Assembly (NCBI GenBank): GCA_017503105.1
Contig: JAFVTS010000014.1
Coordinates: forward strand, 18,032-82,031
Source of the DNA: Clostridia bacterium
GTDB taxonomy: Bacteria; Bacillota; Clostridia; Oscillospirales; CAG-272
DNA length: 64,000 nucleotides
Direction: 5' to 3'
The notes under the pieces are model-generated. The model had not been told where the DNA came from. It searched no databases and saw only the letters and a list, made by a program, of their open reading frames with translations. Within the stretch, counting starts at the first letter, position 1. Every line of letters begins with the position of its first letter. Both the position numbers and the translations under genes were made by a program. Positions 54,820 through 63,708 of this stretch are shown here, piece by piece.

Positions 54820-55524
54820 ATGATGAAAATAAAAACTGCGGCAGCGCTCTTTCTTTGCTGCCTTGTTATCGGCGTGACGCCCGTGTTCGCTTCGGCGTGC
54901 TTCGGCTCGGGGTGCGGTGTCATAGCCGCGGACGTGAGCCTTGTAAAGACCGCCGTTCGCGGGGAGAAAATATGCTTCCGCGACACCGATTTTAAATGCG
55001 CCCTCGGCATTACGGATTTTAAAAGCATAACGCTCGTTTCCGTGCCGAAGGAAAGCGACGGCATTCTGATATACGCGGGCAGGCGTGCAACGGTGGGACA
55101 GACCGTGAAAAGAAGAACCGTCCCTTCCCTCGTATTCATTCCCGCGTCGGAGAAGGTAAAGGAAGCTCGGTTTTCGTTCAGCGCGGAGGGCTTTGCCGAC
55201 GGTGAGGTGATAGAATGCGTTATGAAATTCAAGAAGAGTCACAGCGAGGCGCCAAGCGCGCTTTTAACGACAGCCGCCCCCGAGAGTGAAGAAAGCTCCG
55301 TGTTCAAAGGCAAGCTCCGTGCCAAAGACCCCGAGGGGGACGCGATAGAGTATTTTATCGCCGCCTATCCAAAGCTCGGCGCCATTTCGGTATCAAAGGA
55401 CGGTGAGTACGTTTACACACCCTCCTCGGATTTCAAGGGCAAGGATTCTTTCTCTTGGGTCGCAAGAGACGAATGGGGAAATTGGTCCGAGGTAGTAAGG
55501 GTCAAAATAAGCTCCGAAAAATAA
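54820..55524 (+). CDS. Secreted protein with C-terminal cadherin/Ig-like (tandem-95/VCBS-like) domain
   Basis: The signal peptide MMKIKTAAALFLCCLVIGVTPVFASA has a GAGG RBS 7 nt upstream. The C-terminus reads DPEGDAIEY...GEYVYTPSSDFKGKDSFSWVARDEWGNWS. Confidence 0.65.
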   Translation: MMKIKTAAALFLCCLVIGVTPVFASACFGSGCGVIAADVSLVKTAVRGEKICFRDTDFKCALGITDFKSITLVSVPKESDGILIYAGRRATVGQTVKRRTVPSLVFIPASEKVKEARFSFSAEGFADGEVIECVMKFKKSHSEAPSALLTTAAPESEESSVFKGKLRAKDPEGDAIEYFIAAYPKLGAISVSKDGEYVYTPSSDFKGKDSFSWVARDEWGNWSEVVRVKISSEK

Positions 55525-55533
55525 AAAAACGGA

Positions 55534-55595
55534 CGGATATTCCGAGCGACAGCAAGATCTGTCGAAGTACACGGAATATCCGCCTGACTTTTCTG
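55534..55595. terminator. Terminator-like compound hairpin between convergent genes
   Basis: CGGATATTCCG (55534-55544) pairs with CGGAATATCCG (55572-55582). An inner CGACAG/CTGTCG stem is also present. Confidence 0.5.
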
Positions 55596-55633
55596 CCCCG
55601 ATATAAACGGCGAAAAAGCGGTTTTTACTCTTT

Positions 55634-57184
55634 TTATCGTTTTTCTGATGCGCGGCCCTGAGTTTTCGCGATCATCCTTGCTATCTCGCGAGGAAGATCG
55701 GAGGGCGTTACTCCGTACGTTGAGAGCTCACGCGCAAGGCTGTCGCCCGCCGCGCCGTGGTAGTAAACACCGAGCGCCGCCGCTACTATCGGCTCTTCGA
55801 CGTAAGCGGAAAGCGCCGCTATGAAGCCCGCGAGAACGTCGCCCGAGCCCGCCTTGGCAAGAGCGGACGAGCCGCTCGTATTTATGTAAACGTCCTTGCC
55901 GTTTGTCACTATCGTGCCCGCGCCCTTTAAAACGAGTATGCATCTGTTCTCTGCCGCAAATCTTATCGCGGTAGCGAGTCTTTTGCGCTGGACGGTTGCA
56001 ACGTCGTGCCCCGAAAGGCGGGCAAATTCAAGCGGATGCGGCGTAAGTATCACGGGGCGTTTTGCGTTCTTTATAAGAACGAGGGCGTTTTCTCTTTCCG
56101 CGGCGATGGAATTTATCGCGTCGGCATCGAGGATCAAGGGTCCGCCCTCCGACGCAAGAAGCGCCTCCGTCAGCTTTGCTACCTCGGGAGTGTTTCCCGA
56201 TCCCGAGCCTATCAGCAAGGATGAGTATTGCGACGAAAGAGCGATCAACTCATCTGCGTTATCACCGCCGTCAATATCAAAGCTCTTGTATATAGCCTCG
56301 GGGAACTCACGGGAATACTCCTCGGTAAGCTTCTCCGCTCCCGCGTAAGCGACAAGGCCGACACCGCCCCGTAAAGCTGCCTCAAGCGTGAGTCTGCCCG
56401 CTCCGCGAAAACGCTCGCTGCCCGTTATGAGAAGCGTTTTTCCGAACGTGCCCTTATTAGAGTTATCGTCTCTTCTCGGCAGATGCTTTTTCGCGTATTC
56501 CTCATCTATGAGCCTGTACTTAAAATCAAATTGCTTTTCTATCCTGTCCTTGGGAAGTCCGAGGTCGTCGTAAATTATCCTTCCGACGAAGGACCTTGCG
56601 GGATATGAAACTATGCCGGGCTTGATGTACGAAAGCTCAACCGTCGCGTGCACCGACGCCGTGGATATATCCACGCTTCCGTCATCGGCGTTTACACCCA
56701 TAGGAACGTCTATCGCTATTTTCTTTGCTCCGACCGCCTCGCTGACGACGGTTGCCAGCTCCTTTACCGTGTCGGGTATCTCTCCGCGAAAGCCCGTACC
56801 GAAAACGGCGTCAACTATGCAGGCGGCGTTTTTGATCTCGTTTTTTTGTTCCGCGGAAAGAGTGAGATCCTCCACCTCACCGTCCATACTCTTAAAAAGC
56901 TCAAGAAAATGTCTGCCCTCGTCGGTCCTCTGCCCCTTGGAAAAGACGTCGAACACCTTTACGCGGAAGTCCTTCATCAGTCTTACGGCGGCGGCATAAC
57001 CGTCACCTCCGTTATTTCCGCAGCCCGCGAGGATGACCACGAATGAGCCGTCCTTGACGTAAGAGCGCACGGCTCCCTCGACAGCGGCACCGCTTCTGCC
57101 CATAAGATCTATCAAGGGCATACCTATGACCTCTGCGGCGTATTTATCTATCTCTGATATTAAAGAAGAAAGCGCAAGCTTCAT
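55634..57184 (-). CDS. nnr: Bifunctional NAD(P)H-hydrate repair enzyme (ADP-dependent dehydratase / epimerase)
   Basis: 516 aa. The N-terminal YjeF_N domain has GCGNNGGDGY. The C-terminal carbohydrate-kinase domain has GKTLLITGS...LDADA...GSGDVLAG. Confidence 0.9.
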   Translation of the reverse strand: MKLALSSLISEIDKYAAEVIGMPLIDLMGRSGAAVEGAVRSYVKDGSFVVILAGCGNNGGDGYAAAVRLMKDFRVKVFDVFSKGQRTDEGRHFLELFKSMDGEVEDLTLSAEQKNEIKNAACIVDAVFGTGFRGEIPDTVKELATVVSEAVGAKKIAIDVPMGVNADDGSVDISTASVHATVELSYIKPGIVSYPARSFVGRIIYDDLGLPKDRIEKQFDFKYRLIDEEYAKKHLPRRDDNSNKGTFGKTLLITGSERFRGAGRLTLEAALRGGVGLVAYAGAEKLTEEYSREFPEAIYKSFDIDGGDNADELIALSSQYSSLLIGSGSGNTPEVAKLTEALLASEGGPLILDADAINSIAAERENALVLIKNAKRPVILTPHPLEFARLSGHDVATVQRKRLATAIRFAAENRCILVLKGAGTIVTNGKDVYINTSGSSALAKAGSGDVLAGFIAALSAYVEEPIVAAALGVYYHGAAGDSLARELSTYGVTPSDLPREIARMIAKTQGRASEKR

Positions 57185-57358
57185 ATTTTATTCCTTTCGT
57201 GAGAAATCAAAAATCTTAATTTCAAGTTTATTTTAAGTTATTGTAGCATATTTTTATAAAAAAGGCAATATTTTTGGCGAAAATTACTTAAAAACTCTTT
57301 ACAAATCCTGTTTTTTTTGCTATAATTGTTGTAATAAAGCTTAACGGAGGTCATATAA

Positions 57359-57988
57359 ATGGCAAAAAAGGTTGTAATCACGATAGCAAGGCAGTACGGA
57401 AGCGGCGGCCGCGAGATAGGTGAGCACGTTGCGGAGCTGCTCGGGATCCCGCTTTACGATAAAGAACTTATAACCGACGCGGCGGCAAAGGGCACGCTCA
57501 ACGAAGAAATTATAAAAAGCGCTGACGAGTCCGCGGCAAACAGCCTGCTCTACACCCTCGCGATGGGCTCAAACGTCCTCGGTACTACTATGAGCTTCGG
57601 TTACAAGATGCCCCTTAACGACAAGCTCTTTATCCTGCAATCGGAGGTCATAAAGGAGTATGCGCAAAAGGGCAGCTGCGTAATAATCGGAAGATGCTCG
57701 GACTACGTTCTTAGAAACGAAAAGAACGTGTTCAGGATCTTCATTTACGGCGATCTTGACCACAGAAAAGAAAGAGTTGCCGAGAGGCACCCCGAGATCA
57801 AGTCGTCTCAGATCATCGACGTTATCAACAAGACCGACAAGCGTCGCGCGTCCTACTACAACTTCTACACGGGAAACAAGTGGGGCAAGTACGACAATTA
57901 CGATATGGCAGTCAACTCCTCTACCCTCGGAATCGAGGGAACGGCGAATATAATCGCCGCGTCGGCAAAGAAGCTGATGGAGGAATAA
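57359..57988 (+). CDS. Cytidylate kinase-like family P-loop protein
   Basis: ITIARQYGSGGREIG at the N-terminus is typical of the clostridial/Bacteroides cytidylate-kinase-like family. 209 aa. Confidence 0.6.
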   Translation: MAKKVVITIARQYGSGGREIGEHVAELLGIPLYDKELITDAAAKGTLNEEIIKSADESAANSLLYTLAMGSNVLGTTMSFGYKMPLNDKLFILQSEVIKEYAQKGSCVIIGRCSDYVLRNEKNVFRIFIYGDLDHRKERVAERHPEIKSSQIIDVINKTDKRRASYYNFYTGNKWGKYDNYDMAVNSSTLGIEGTANIIAASAKKLMEE

Positions 57989-58000
57989 GCAAATAAACGA

Positions 58001-58037
58001 AAGAGGCTCTTCCGCCAAAGAAACGGAGGAGCCTCTT
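58001..58037. terminator. Bidirectional terminator hairpin between convergent genes
   Basis: AAGAGGCTCTTCCG (58001-58014) pairs with CGGAGGAGCCTCTT (58024-58037), followed by ATCTTTT. Confidence 0.6.
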
Positions 58038-58062
58038 ATCTTTTCCGAAGCGATAAAGAATA

Positions 58063-58935
58063 TCACTTCACGGGTCTTGCGGCATCAACGCACGCCGCAA
58101 AGTGCTTTGCGGTGTCAAACATAAACTTAGCCGCGACAGGCTTATATTCATCGGAATAACGGACGAGGAAATTGTCCGCCTCAAGAGTGAAGTCGCCCTT
58201 GTAATCTATCTCACCGAGCGCCCTCGCGACCTCGTAATACTTTATTCTTCCGCACCCAGGGAGAGTGTGAAGATCGTCCTTGTAATCAACGTCGTGAACG
58301 TGAAGTGCGCCAAGGCGGTCGTGACCGAGTATTCTTATCGCGTCCTCGGGCTCTCTTCCGCAAAGAGCAACGTGACCTATATCAAGGCAGACCGTGAAAT
58401 TATCGGGGTCGTTTACGGTGTCGTAATACCTCGCGAGCTCGTGAGGGTCAGCACAAACGTCGTCGACTATGTAGCCCGCTACGGGATGGCGCTGCCACAT
58501 ATTTTCTATCGCTATCTTAACGCCCGTTCTTTTTGCAAGCGGCGCTAAGGAGGTGTAAAACTCCATATTCATCTCGAAGAGCTCCTCTGCTCTTCCGTAA
58601 TACCTTCCGTTCTGAATAGGATGAACGATGATGTTCTTTACGCCGAGCTCTGAGCAAAACTCAAACACGTCGGGAAACTTGGGTATGAGATTTTGAGTAT
58701 AATTGTCGTATCCGCCGCCGAAGGGAGCGTGAGCCTGATTGAAAACGACGCCGCGGTCGCCCGCCATTTTTTTAAGCTTTTTCGCGAGAGCTAAGCCGTC
58801 CGCACCCCGACAAAAGGATATATCGCCGAAAAAGGAATAGTCAATGCCCGTATAACCCGCGTCTATAAGCTTAGTTATACCGTCCTCTATACCGAACGTG
58901 GCGATCATTCTGTGTGTTTGAGTTGAAATAAGCAT
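58063..58935 (-). CDS. Sugar phosphate isomerase/epimerase (xylose-isomerase-like TIM barrel)
   Basis: 290 aa with NIIVHP, KIAIEN, CLDIGH and HVHD metal-ligand-type motifs of the AP_endonuc_2 family. Confidence 0.7.
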   Translation of the reverse strand: MLISTQTHRMIATFGIEDGITKLIDAGYTGIDYSFFGDISFCRGADGLALAKKLKKMAGDRGVVFNQAHAPFGGGYDNYTQNLIPKFPDVFEFCSELGVKNIIVHPIQNGRYYGRAEELFEMNMEFYTSLAPLAKRTGVKIAIENMWQRHPVAGYIVDDVCADPHELARYYDTVNDPDNFTVCLDIGHVALCGREPEDAIRILGHDRLGALHVHDVDYKDDLHTLPGCGRIKYYEVARALGEIDYKGDFTLEADNFLVRYSDEYKPVAAKFMFDTAKHFAACVDAARPVK

Positions 58936-58991
58936 TTTCCGCCTCCGAGTTTTTTACATATTATTATATTACCGACTTCCCAAAAAATCGA

Positions 58992-59222
58992 TCATTTCAC
59001 TATATACTTTTCGATTTTTTCAAAGAGTTCGTCTGCAAAATCGGTGTGAGCGACGAGCGTTATGGGCGAGAGAAGGTCGAGGGAGAAAATTCCCATTATA
59101 GACTTTGCGTCTATTACGTATCTTCCCTGAATAAGGTCAACCTCGTAATCGGTCATTATAACTATCTTGACGAAGTCTCTGATGTCCTGTACGTTGCTTA
59201 ACATAATCTTGGTTTCTTTCAT
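58992..59222 (-). CDS. HPr-like small protein lacking the canonical His15 site
   Basis: 76 aa. IDAKSIMGIFSLDL matches the HPr Ser46 region, but the N-terminal segment (LSNVQDIRDFVKIV) has no His where GIHARPA would be. Confidence 0.55.
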   Translation of the reverse strand: MKETKIMLSNVQDIRDFVKIVIMTDYEVDLIQGRYVIDAKSIMGIFSLDLLSPITLVAHTDFADELFEKIEKYIVK

Positions 59223-59252
59223 TTCTTTTTCCTCTTTTCTATTAAAATTATT

Positions 59253-60503
59253 TTAGTTTTCAAAGCTGTGTGGGTTTACTTCGTATCTGTAATCGTCGTG
59301 CACCGAGCTTAATGCGGGGCCCGTTGACATCCAGAATCTGCGAACCTTTTTATTAAGGTCTATCTCGGCATAAGCCGCCTCAAGGTTTTCATTCGTATGC
59401 GAAAGCTGATTTCCGAGAGGATCGACGATTCTTGTCGGTCCCCAGCCGAAGTCGTTTTCCATATTCATACCGGAAACCGCAAGATAAACACCCGAGTCGA
59501 TTGCAAGCGACATACACGCGTGATGATCGTCACCCGCGGTGGAGATAGCAATTATCTCAGCACCCTCATTTACAAGAGCCTTGGCCGTTTCAGGGAAGAA
59601 TTGATCGTAGCATATAAGAATACCTATTCTGCCGAAATCAAGATCGAACACGGGGAAACCGACACCGGGGGTAAGTCCGCCCTCGTATTCTCCGACGGTG
59701 ATGTGCGTTTTTCTGTAAGTGCCAACGACCTTGCCCGTCCTGTCAATTATAAACGAAGCGTTATAGAAATTCCCTTTCTCCTCTTCTACACCGTTGTATA
59801 TTATGTAGGTGCTGTATTTTACAGCCTTTTCACCAAGTGCTTTGATCATCTCGGGATCGTAAATTCTCGCTCTTTCGGGGTGAGATATACCAAGACCGCG
59901 AGAGTACATTCCTTCTCCGAGGACTATCAAATCTACTCCGCGCTCCCCCACCTTTTCAACGGATGACATAAAAGCTTCGAATTGACTTTCCTTCGTTCTG
60001 CCGACCTCGGCATTCCACTTCATCTGTATCGCCGCAAGTCTGACCGTTCTTTTAGGAAGCGGCTCACCAAGGGTGAGCGTGGGCAGATCCCACTCACAAA
60101 AAGCACCGGAACCCTTGCACCAAAGCTCGATCTCGAGCCTCACGGTTTGCTCGGCAATATCAAGCTTATCGGAAAAACGCAGATATTCTCCGTCGCGAAC
60201 ACAGTCCTTCACGTGCTCACGAATGGGCATTTTGCCCTTTTCGTCAAACTGCGTTATTATAAGATAAGCGTCACACTCGGGGAGCTCCGTTTTGCAGGAC
60301 GCGGAAAAATCGTAAAACGCACCGCCCGAAACGGGCACGGAGCAGATCCACTTACCAACGCCGAAATCGTCCGCAGTTTTTATTGACGCGCTCCGTCCGT
60401 CAGGCGAAACGGAAAACTCCGCATTTTTCTTGTACGGCGGCTCATTCGTGCGCCAAGCGGGGTCGGAAAAGGCGGGGACGAGATTTTCTTTTTTATTTTT
60501 CAT
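59253..60503 (-). CDS. Carbon-nitrogen hydrolase (nitrilase superfamily) with ~150-aa N-terminal beta-sandwich extension
   Basis: RLAAIQMKW...LIVLGEG (Glu), YRKTH (Lys) and GILICYD (Cys) form the catalytic triad pattern. Confidence 0.75.
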   Translation of the reverse strand: MKNKKENLVPAFSDPAWRTNEPPYKKNAEFSVSPDGRSASIKTADDFGVGKWICSVPVSGGAFYDFSASCKTELPECDAYLIITQFDEKGKMPIREHVKDCVRDGEYLRFSDKLDIAEQTVRLEIELWCKGSGAFCEWDLPTLTLGEPLPKRTVRLAAIQMKWNAEVGRTKESQFEAFMSSVEKVGERGVDLIVLGEGMYSRGLGISHPERARIYDPEMIKALGEKAVKYSTYIIYNGVEEEKGNFYNASFIIDRTGKVVGTYRKTHITVGEYEGGLTPGVGFPVFDLDFGRIGILICYDQFFPETAKALVNEGAEIIAISTAGDDHHACMSLAIDSGVYLAVSGMNMENDFGWGPTRIVDPLGNQLSHTNENLEAAYAEIDLNKKVRRFWMSTGPALSSVHDDYRYEVNPHSFEN

Positions 60504-60697
60504 AGCTATTCCGTTTTTTTAATTTTTATTATTTTAATTTTAGCATTTTTACATCTGTTTGTCAACCGAAATCCTAAAAAAACTTAGAAACTGCCTTTTC
60601 GCTTTTTTTTAACGAAGTAAAAAAAGGGCTTTCGCTAGCAAAAGTATTGACAAGCTACAATTTATATGGTACACTTTAAAAAAAACAAGGAGCAGTT

Positions 60698-61294
60698 ATG
60701 AAATACATAAGCCAGCTTGATTACCCACATATCCCCTACCCCACAAGAGTAAAAGATCCCGAATTCGCCCCGAACGGCAAGCCAACCACCGCCAAGAGCT
60801 CCGGTTGCGGACTTTGCTCTGCTTGTATGGCTATTGACATTCTGACCGACACCACTCTTGAGGTCGAAGAGAGTGTTCGTATGTCGATGGAGTGCGGCGC
60901 AAATCACAGCACAGGCACGGATATGAATATTTTTGGGCCTGCATTAGCCGAAAGATTCGGCATTGAATATTCAAAGACGGACGACAAAAACGAGCTTATA
61001 GCGCATCTGCGGGACGGCGGCGTTGCAATTATGCACGCCGGCATTCCGGTTGGAAAAGAGATAAGCCTGTTTGCCAGCACCACAGGACATTATGTGCTTC
61101 TCGTTTCTACGGACGGTAAGGATATTTGCATTCTTGACCCATCTTACAGCCTCGAGAAGTATAATCACCCCGCAAGAATTGGTCGCATCAATATAGCGAA
61201 CGCGCCTTACCTCTACTGCGACATTGATACCGTAGACAGCGAAACCAAGCCGCAAAGAGTAAAATATCACCTTTTCAAAAGAATAAAGAAGTAA
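60698..61294 (+). CDS. Stand-alone papain-like cysteine peptidase domain (C39-like)
   Basis: 198 aa with SSGCGLCSACMAIDIL (Cys) and GHYVLLVSTDG...ILDPS (His/Asp). Confidence 0.5.
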   Translation: MKYISQLDYPHIPYPTRVKDPEFAPNGKPTTAKSSGCGLCSACMAIDILTDTTLEVEESVRMSMECGANHSTGTDMNIFGPALAERFGIEYSKTDDKNELIAHLRDGGVAIMHAGIPVGKEISLFASTTGHYVLLVSTDGKDICILDPSYSLEKYNHPARIGRINIANAPYLYCDIDTVDSETKPQRVKYHLFKRIKK

Positions 61295-61312
61295 AAAGGG
61301 GATATATTTCAA

Positions 61313-61342
61313 ACAGCGAGCCGAAAAAGCTCGCTGTTTTTA
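61313..61342 (+). terminator. Rho-independent terminator
   Basis: CAGCGAGC (61314-61321) pairs with GCTCGCTG (61329-61336), followed by TTTTT. Confidence 0.7.
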
Positions 61343-61376
61343 TATTGACACTTTTCGTCTTTTTTAACGAAATCGC

Positions 61377-61405
61377 TTGACAAAGCTATTCTTTTGTGAT
61401 AAAAT
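61377..61405 (+). promoter_or_regulatory. Sigma-A promoter (extended -10) of thrS leader
   Basis: TTGACA (61377-61382), a 17-nt spacer, then TGaTAAAAT (61397-61405). Confidence 0.6.
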
Positions 61406-61411
61406 ACTTTT

Positions 61412-61645
61412 ATTGGAACACGTTTTTTCGGAAAACGGTCGTAAAAGAGAGCCGCGGGAAGCTGAAAACGCGGACGTCACGCCCGAAAAAATACCGCCCA
61501 TGTGCCGAAGGTTTTTTCGGGACTTACATTTTAATACTAATGAGTTAAACGCTCGGGTGGAACCGTGCGGGACAGCTTTTGTCCTCACCCCGAAGTCGGC
61601 ATTTTAAACGCTGTCGGCTTTGGAGTGGGATTTTTTGTTTTTAAA
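61412..61645 (+). promoter_or_regulatory. T-box riboswitch leader, threonine (ACC) specifier
   Basis: There is an AGAGAG/GA motif near 61445 and an ACC codon followed by G at 61493-61496. The T-box sequence AAACGCTCGGGTGGAACCGTGCGG lies at 61547-61570. In the antiterminator, GGGTGG pairs with TCACCC. In the terminator, CACCCCGAAG pairs with CTTTGGAGTG and is followed by a T-run (61631-61645). Confidence 0.85.
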
Positions 61646-61680
61646 GAAATAATATTTACCATATAAAGGAGAAAAGAAAA

Positions 61681-63624
61681 ATGGCAAAAATCATTTTTGC
61701 AAGCGGCGAGGTATTCACCTCCGACGCCCCCGTCTCCGTTTACGAGGCGGCACGCGAGCTCGGTATCATCTCCCGCGAGGTGATAGCGGCAAAGATCAAC
61801 GGCGAGGCTAAGGAGCTTTCAACCGTTATTGACGGCGAGGCTGACGTCAGGCTTCTTACGTTCGCAGACGAGGACGGAAAGCACATCTTCCGTCACACCG
61901 CGGCACACGTTATGGCGCAGGCGGTAAAAAGACTCTACCCCGAAACCAAGCAGACGATAGGCCCTGCGACCGACACGGGCTATTTCCAGGACTTTGACGC
62001 TCCCGTTTCCTTCACCCCCGAGATCCTCAAGAATATCGAGGCGGAGATGAAGAAGATAGTCAAGGAAAATCTCATAATCGAGCGCTCCGTTCTTTCCAAG
62101 GAAGAGGCTATAAAGCTTATGACCGAGCTTGACGAGCCTTACAAGGTAGAGAGGATAAACGAGCTCCCCGACGACGCGGAGATCTCCATCTACCGTCAGG
62201 GTGAGTACACCGACCTTTGCTCGGGTCCCCACCTTCATTCCACGGGTATGGTAAAGGCGTTCAAGCTGACGCAGTGCACGGGCGCTTACTATAAAGGCGA
62301 CCAGAACAACAAGATGCTCCAAAGAATTTACGGCATCGCCTTCCCCTCAAAGGACGAGCTTAACGCGTACGTCCAGCAGCAAGAGGAGGCGCTCAAGCGC
62401 GACCACAACAAGATCGGACGCGAGCTTGAGTACTTCACGACCGTCGACTCCATAGGACAGGGTCTTCCCATCCTTCTTCCCAAGGGTGCGAGAACTATCC
62501 AGCGCCTTCAGAGATGGGTCGAGGACGTCGAGGAGAAGAGGGGCTACCTTCTCACCAAAACGCCTCTTATGGCAAAAAGAGAGCTCTACAAGATCTCGGG
62601 TCACTGGGACCACTACCTTGACGGAATGTTCGTTATGGGCGATCCTGACGATTACACGAAGGAGTGCTTCGCGCTCCGTCCTATGACCTGCCCCTTCCAA
62701 TACCAGGTATTCCTTAACAAAAAGCGCTCGTACAGAGAGCTTCCTATGCGTCTTGGCGAGACCTCTACCCTCTTCAGAAACGAGGATTCGGGCGAGATGC
62801 ACGGACTTATAAGAGTTCGTCAGTTCACGATCTCCGAGGGTCACCTCGTCCTTCGCCCCGATCAGCTCGCGGAAGAATTCAAGGGCTGTTTTGACCTTGC
62901 GAAATACTTTCTTGAGACGCTCGGTCTTTGGGAGGACTGCTCCTTCCGCTTCTCGCAGTGGGATCCTAACAGAACCGACAAGTACGAGGGCACGCCCGAG
63001 CAGTGGAACGAGGCGCAGGCTATAATGGGCGAGCTGCTTGACACCTATCTCGGCCGCGAAAACTACGTCATAGGTATTGACGAGGCAGCGTTCTACGGTC
63101 CGAAGCTTGACATTCAGTGCAAGAACGTCTTCGGAAAAGAGGACACCATCGTTACCATCCAGGTCGATATGCTTCTTGCAAAGAAGTTCGGTATGGAATA
63201 CGTTGACCGTGACAACACGATGAAGACGCCTTACATCATACACAGAACCTCTATGGGCTGCTACGAGAGGACCCTTGCGCTCATACTTGAAAAGTACGCG
63301 GGCGCTCTTCCCCTCTGGCTTGCTCCCACGCAGGTAACGGTCATCCCCGTCGTTGCCGATTTTGCGGACTACGCGGCGGAGGTCACGAAGAAGCTTGAGG
63401 CACACGGCATTCGCGCGGAGCTTGACGACAGAAACGAAAAGCTCGGTTACAGGATCCGCGAGGCTCAGGTAACGAAGATACCCTATATGGTAGTCGTCGG
63501 TGAGGACGAGATGAATTCGGGCTCGGTAACCGTCAGAGCACGCGTCGAGGGCGAGGGCGGAAAGTTCTCGGTCGACGAGTTCATCGACAAGCTCGTGAAA
63601 GAGATAGAAACAAAAAAACACTGA
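61681..63624 (+). CDS. thrS: Threonine--tRNA ligase
   Basis: 647 aa with a TGS domain, editing-domain HTAAHVMAQA, class II core (FRNEDSGEMHGLIRVRQFT), and an anticodon-binding C-terminus. Confidence 0.96.
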   Translation: MAKIIFASGEVFTSDAPVSVYEAARELGIISREVIAAKINGEAKELSTVIDGEADVRLLTFADEDGKHIFRHTAAHVMAQAVKRLYPETKQTIGPATDTGYFQDFDAPVSFTPEILKNIEAEMKKIVKENLIIERSVLSKEEAIKLMTELDEPYKVERINELPDDAEISIYRQGEYTDLCSGPHLHSTGMVKAFKLTQCTGAYYKGDQNNKMLQRIYGIAFPSKDELNAYVQQQEEALKRDHNKIGRELEYFTTVDSIGQGLPILLPKGARTIQRLQRWVEDVEEKRGYLLTKTPLMAKRELYKISGHWDHYLDGMFVMGDPDDYTKECFALRPMTCPFQYQVFLNKKRSYRELPMRLGETSTLFRNEDSGEMHGLIRVRQFTISEGHLVLRPDQLAEEFKGCFDLAKYFLETLGLWEDCSFRFSQWDPNRTDKYEGTPEQWNEAQAIMGELLDTYLGRENYVIGIDEAAFYGPKLDIQCKNVFGKEDTIVTIQVDMLLAKKFGMEYVDRDNTMKTPYIIHRTSMGCYERTLALILEKYAGALPLWLAPTQVTVIPVVADFADYAAEVTKKLEAHGIRAELDDRNEKLGYRIREAQVTKIPYMVVVGEDEMNSGSVTVRARVEGEGGKFSVDEFIDKLVKEIETKKH

Positions 63625-63708
63625 TTTTGGCAAGAAAAATAAAAGCAGAAATCTCCGTTGCGGCGGGGATTTTTGCTTAAAGATAAAAAACAAACGGAGC
63701 CAAACTAA

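Noticed and set aside
61345-61350. A second TTGACA upstream of the thrS leader as an alternative -35 box
   Set aside because: No acceptable -10 hexamer lies 16-18 nt downstream (CGAAAT). The TTGACA at 61377 has a proper TGnTAAAAT partner.
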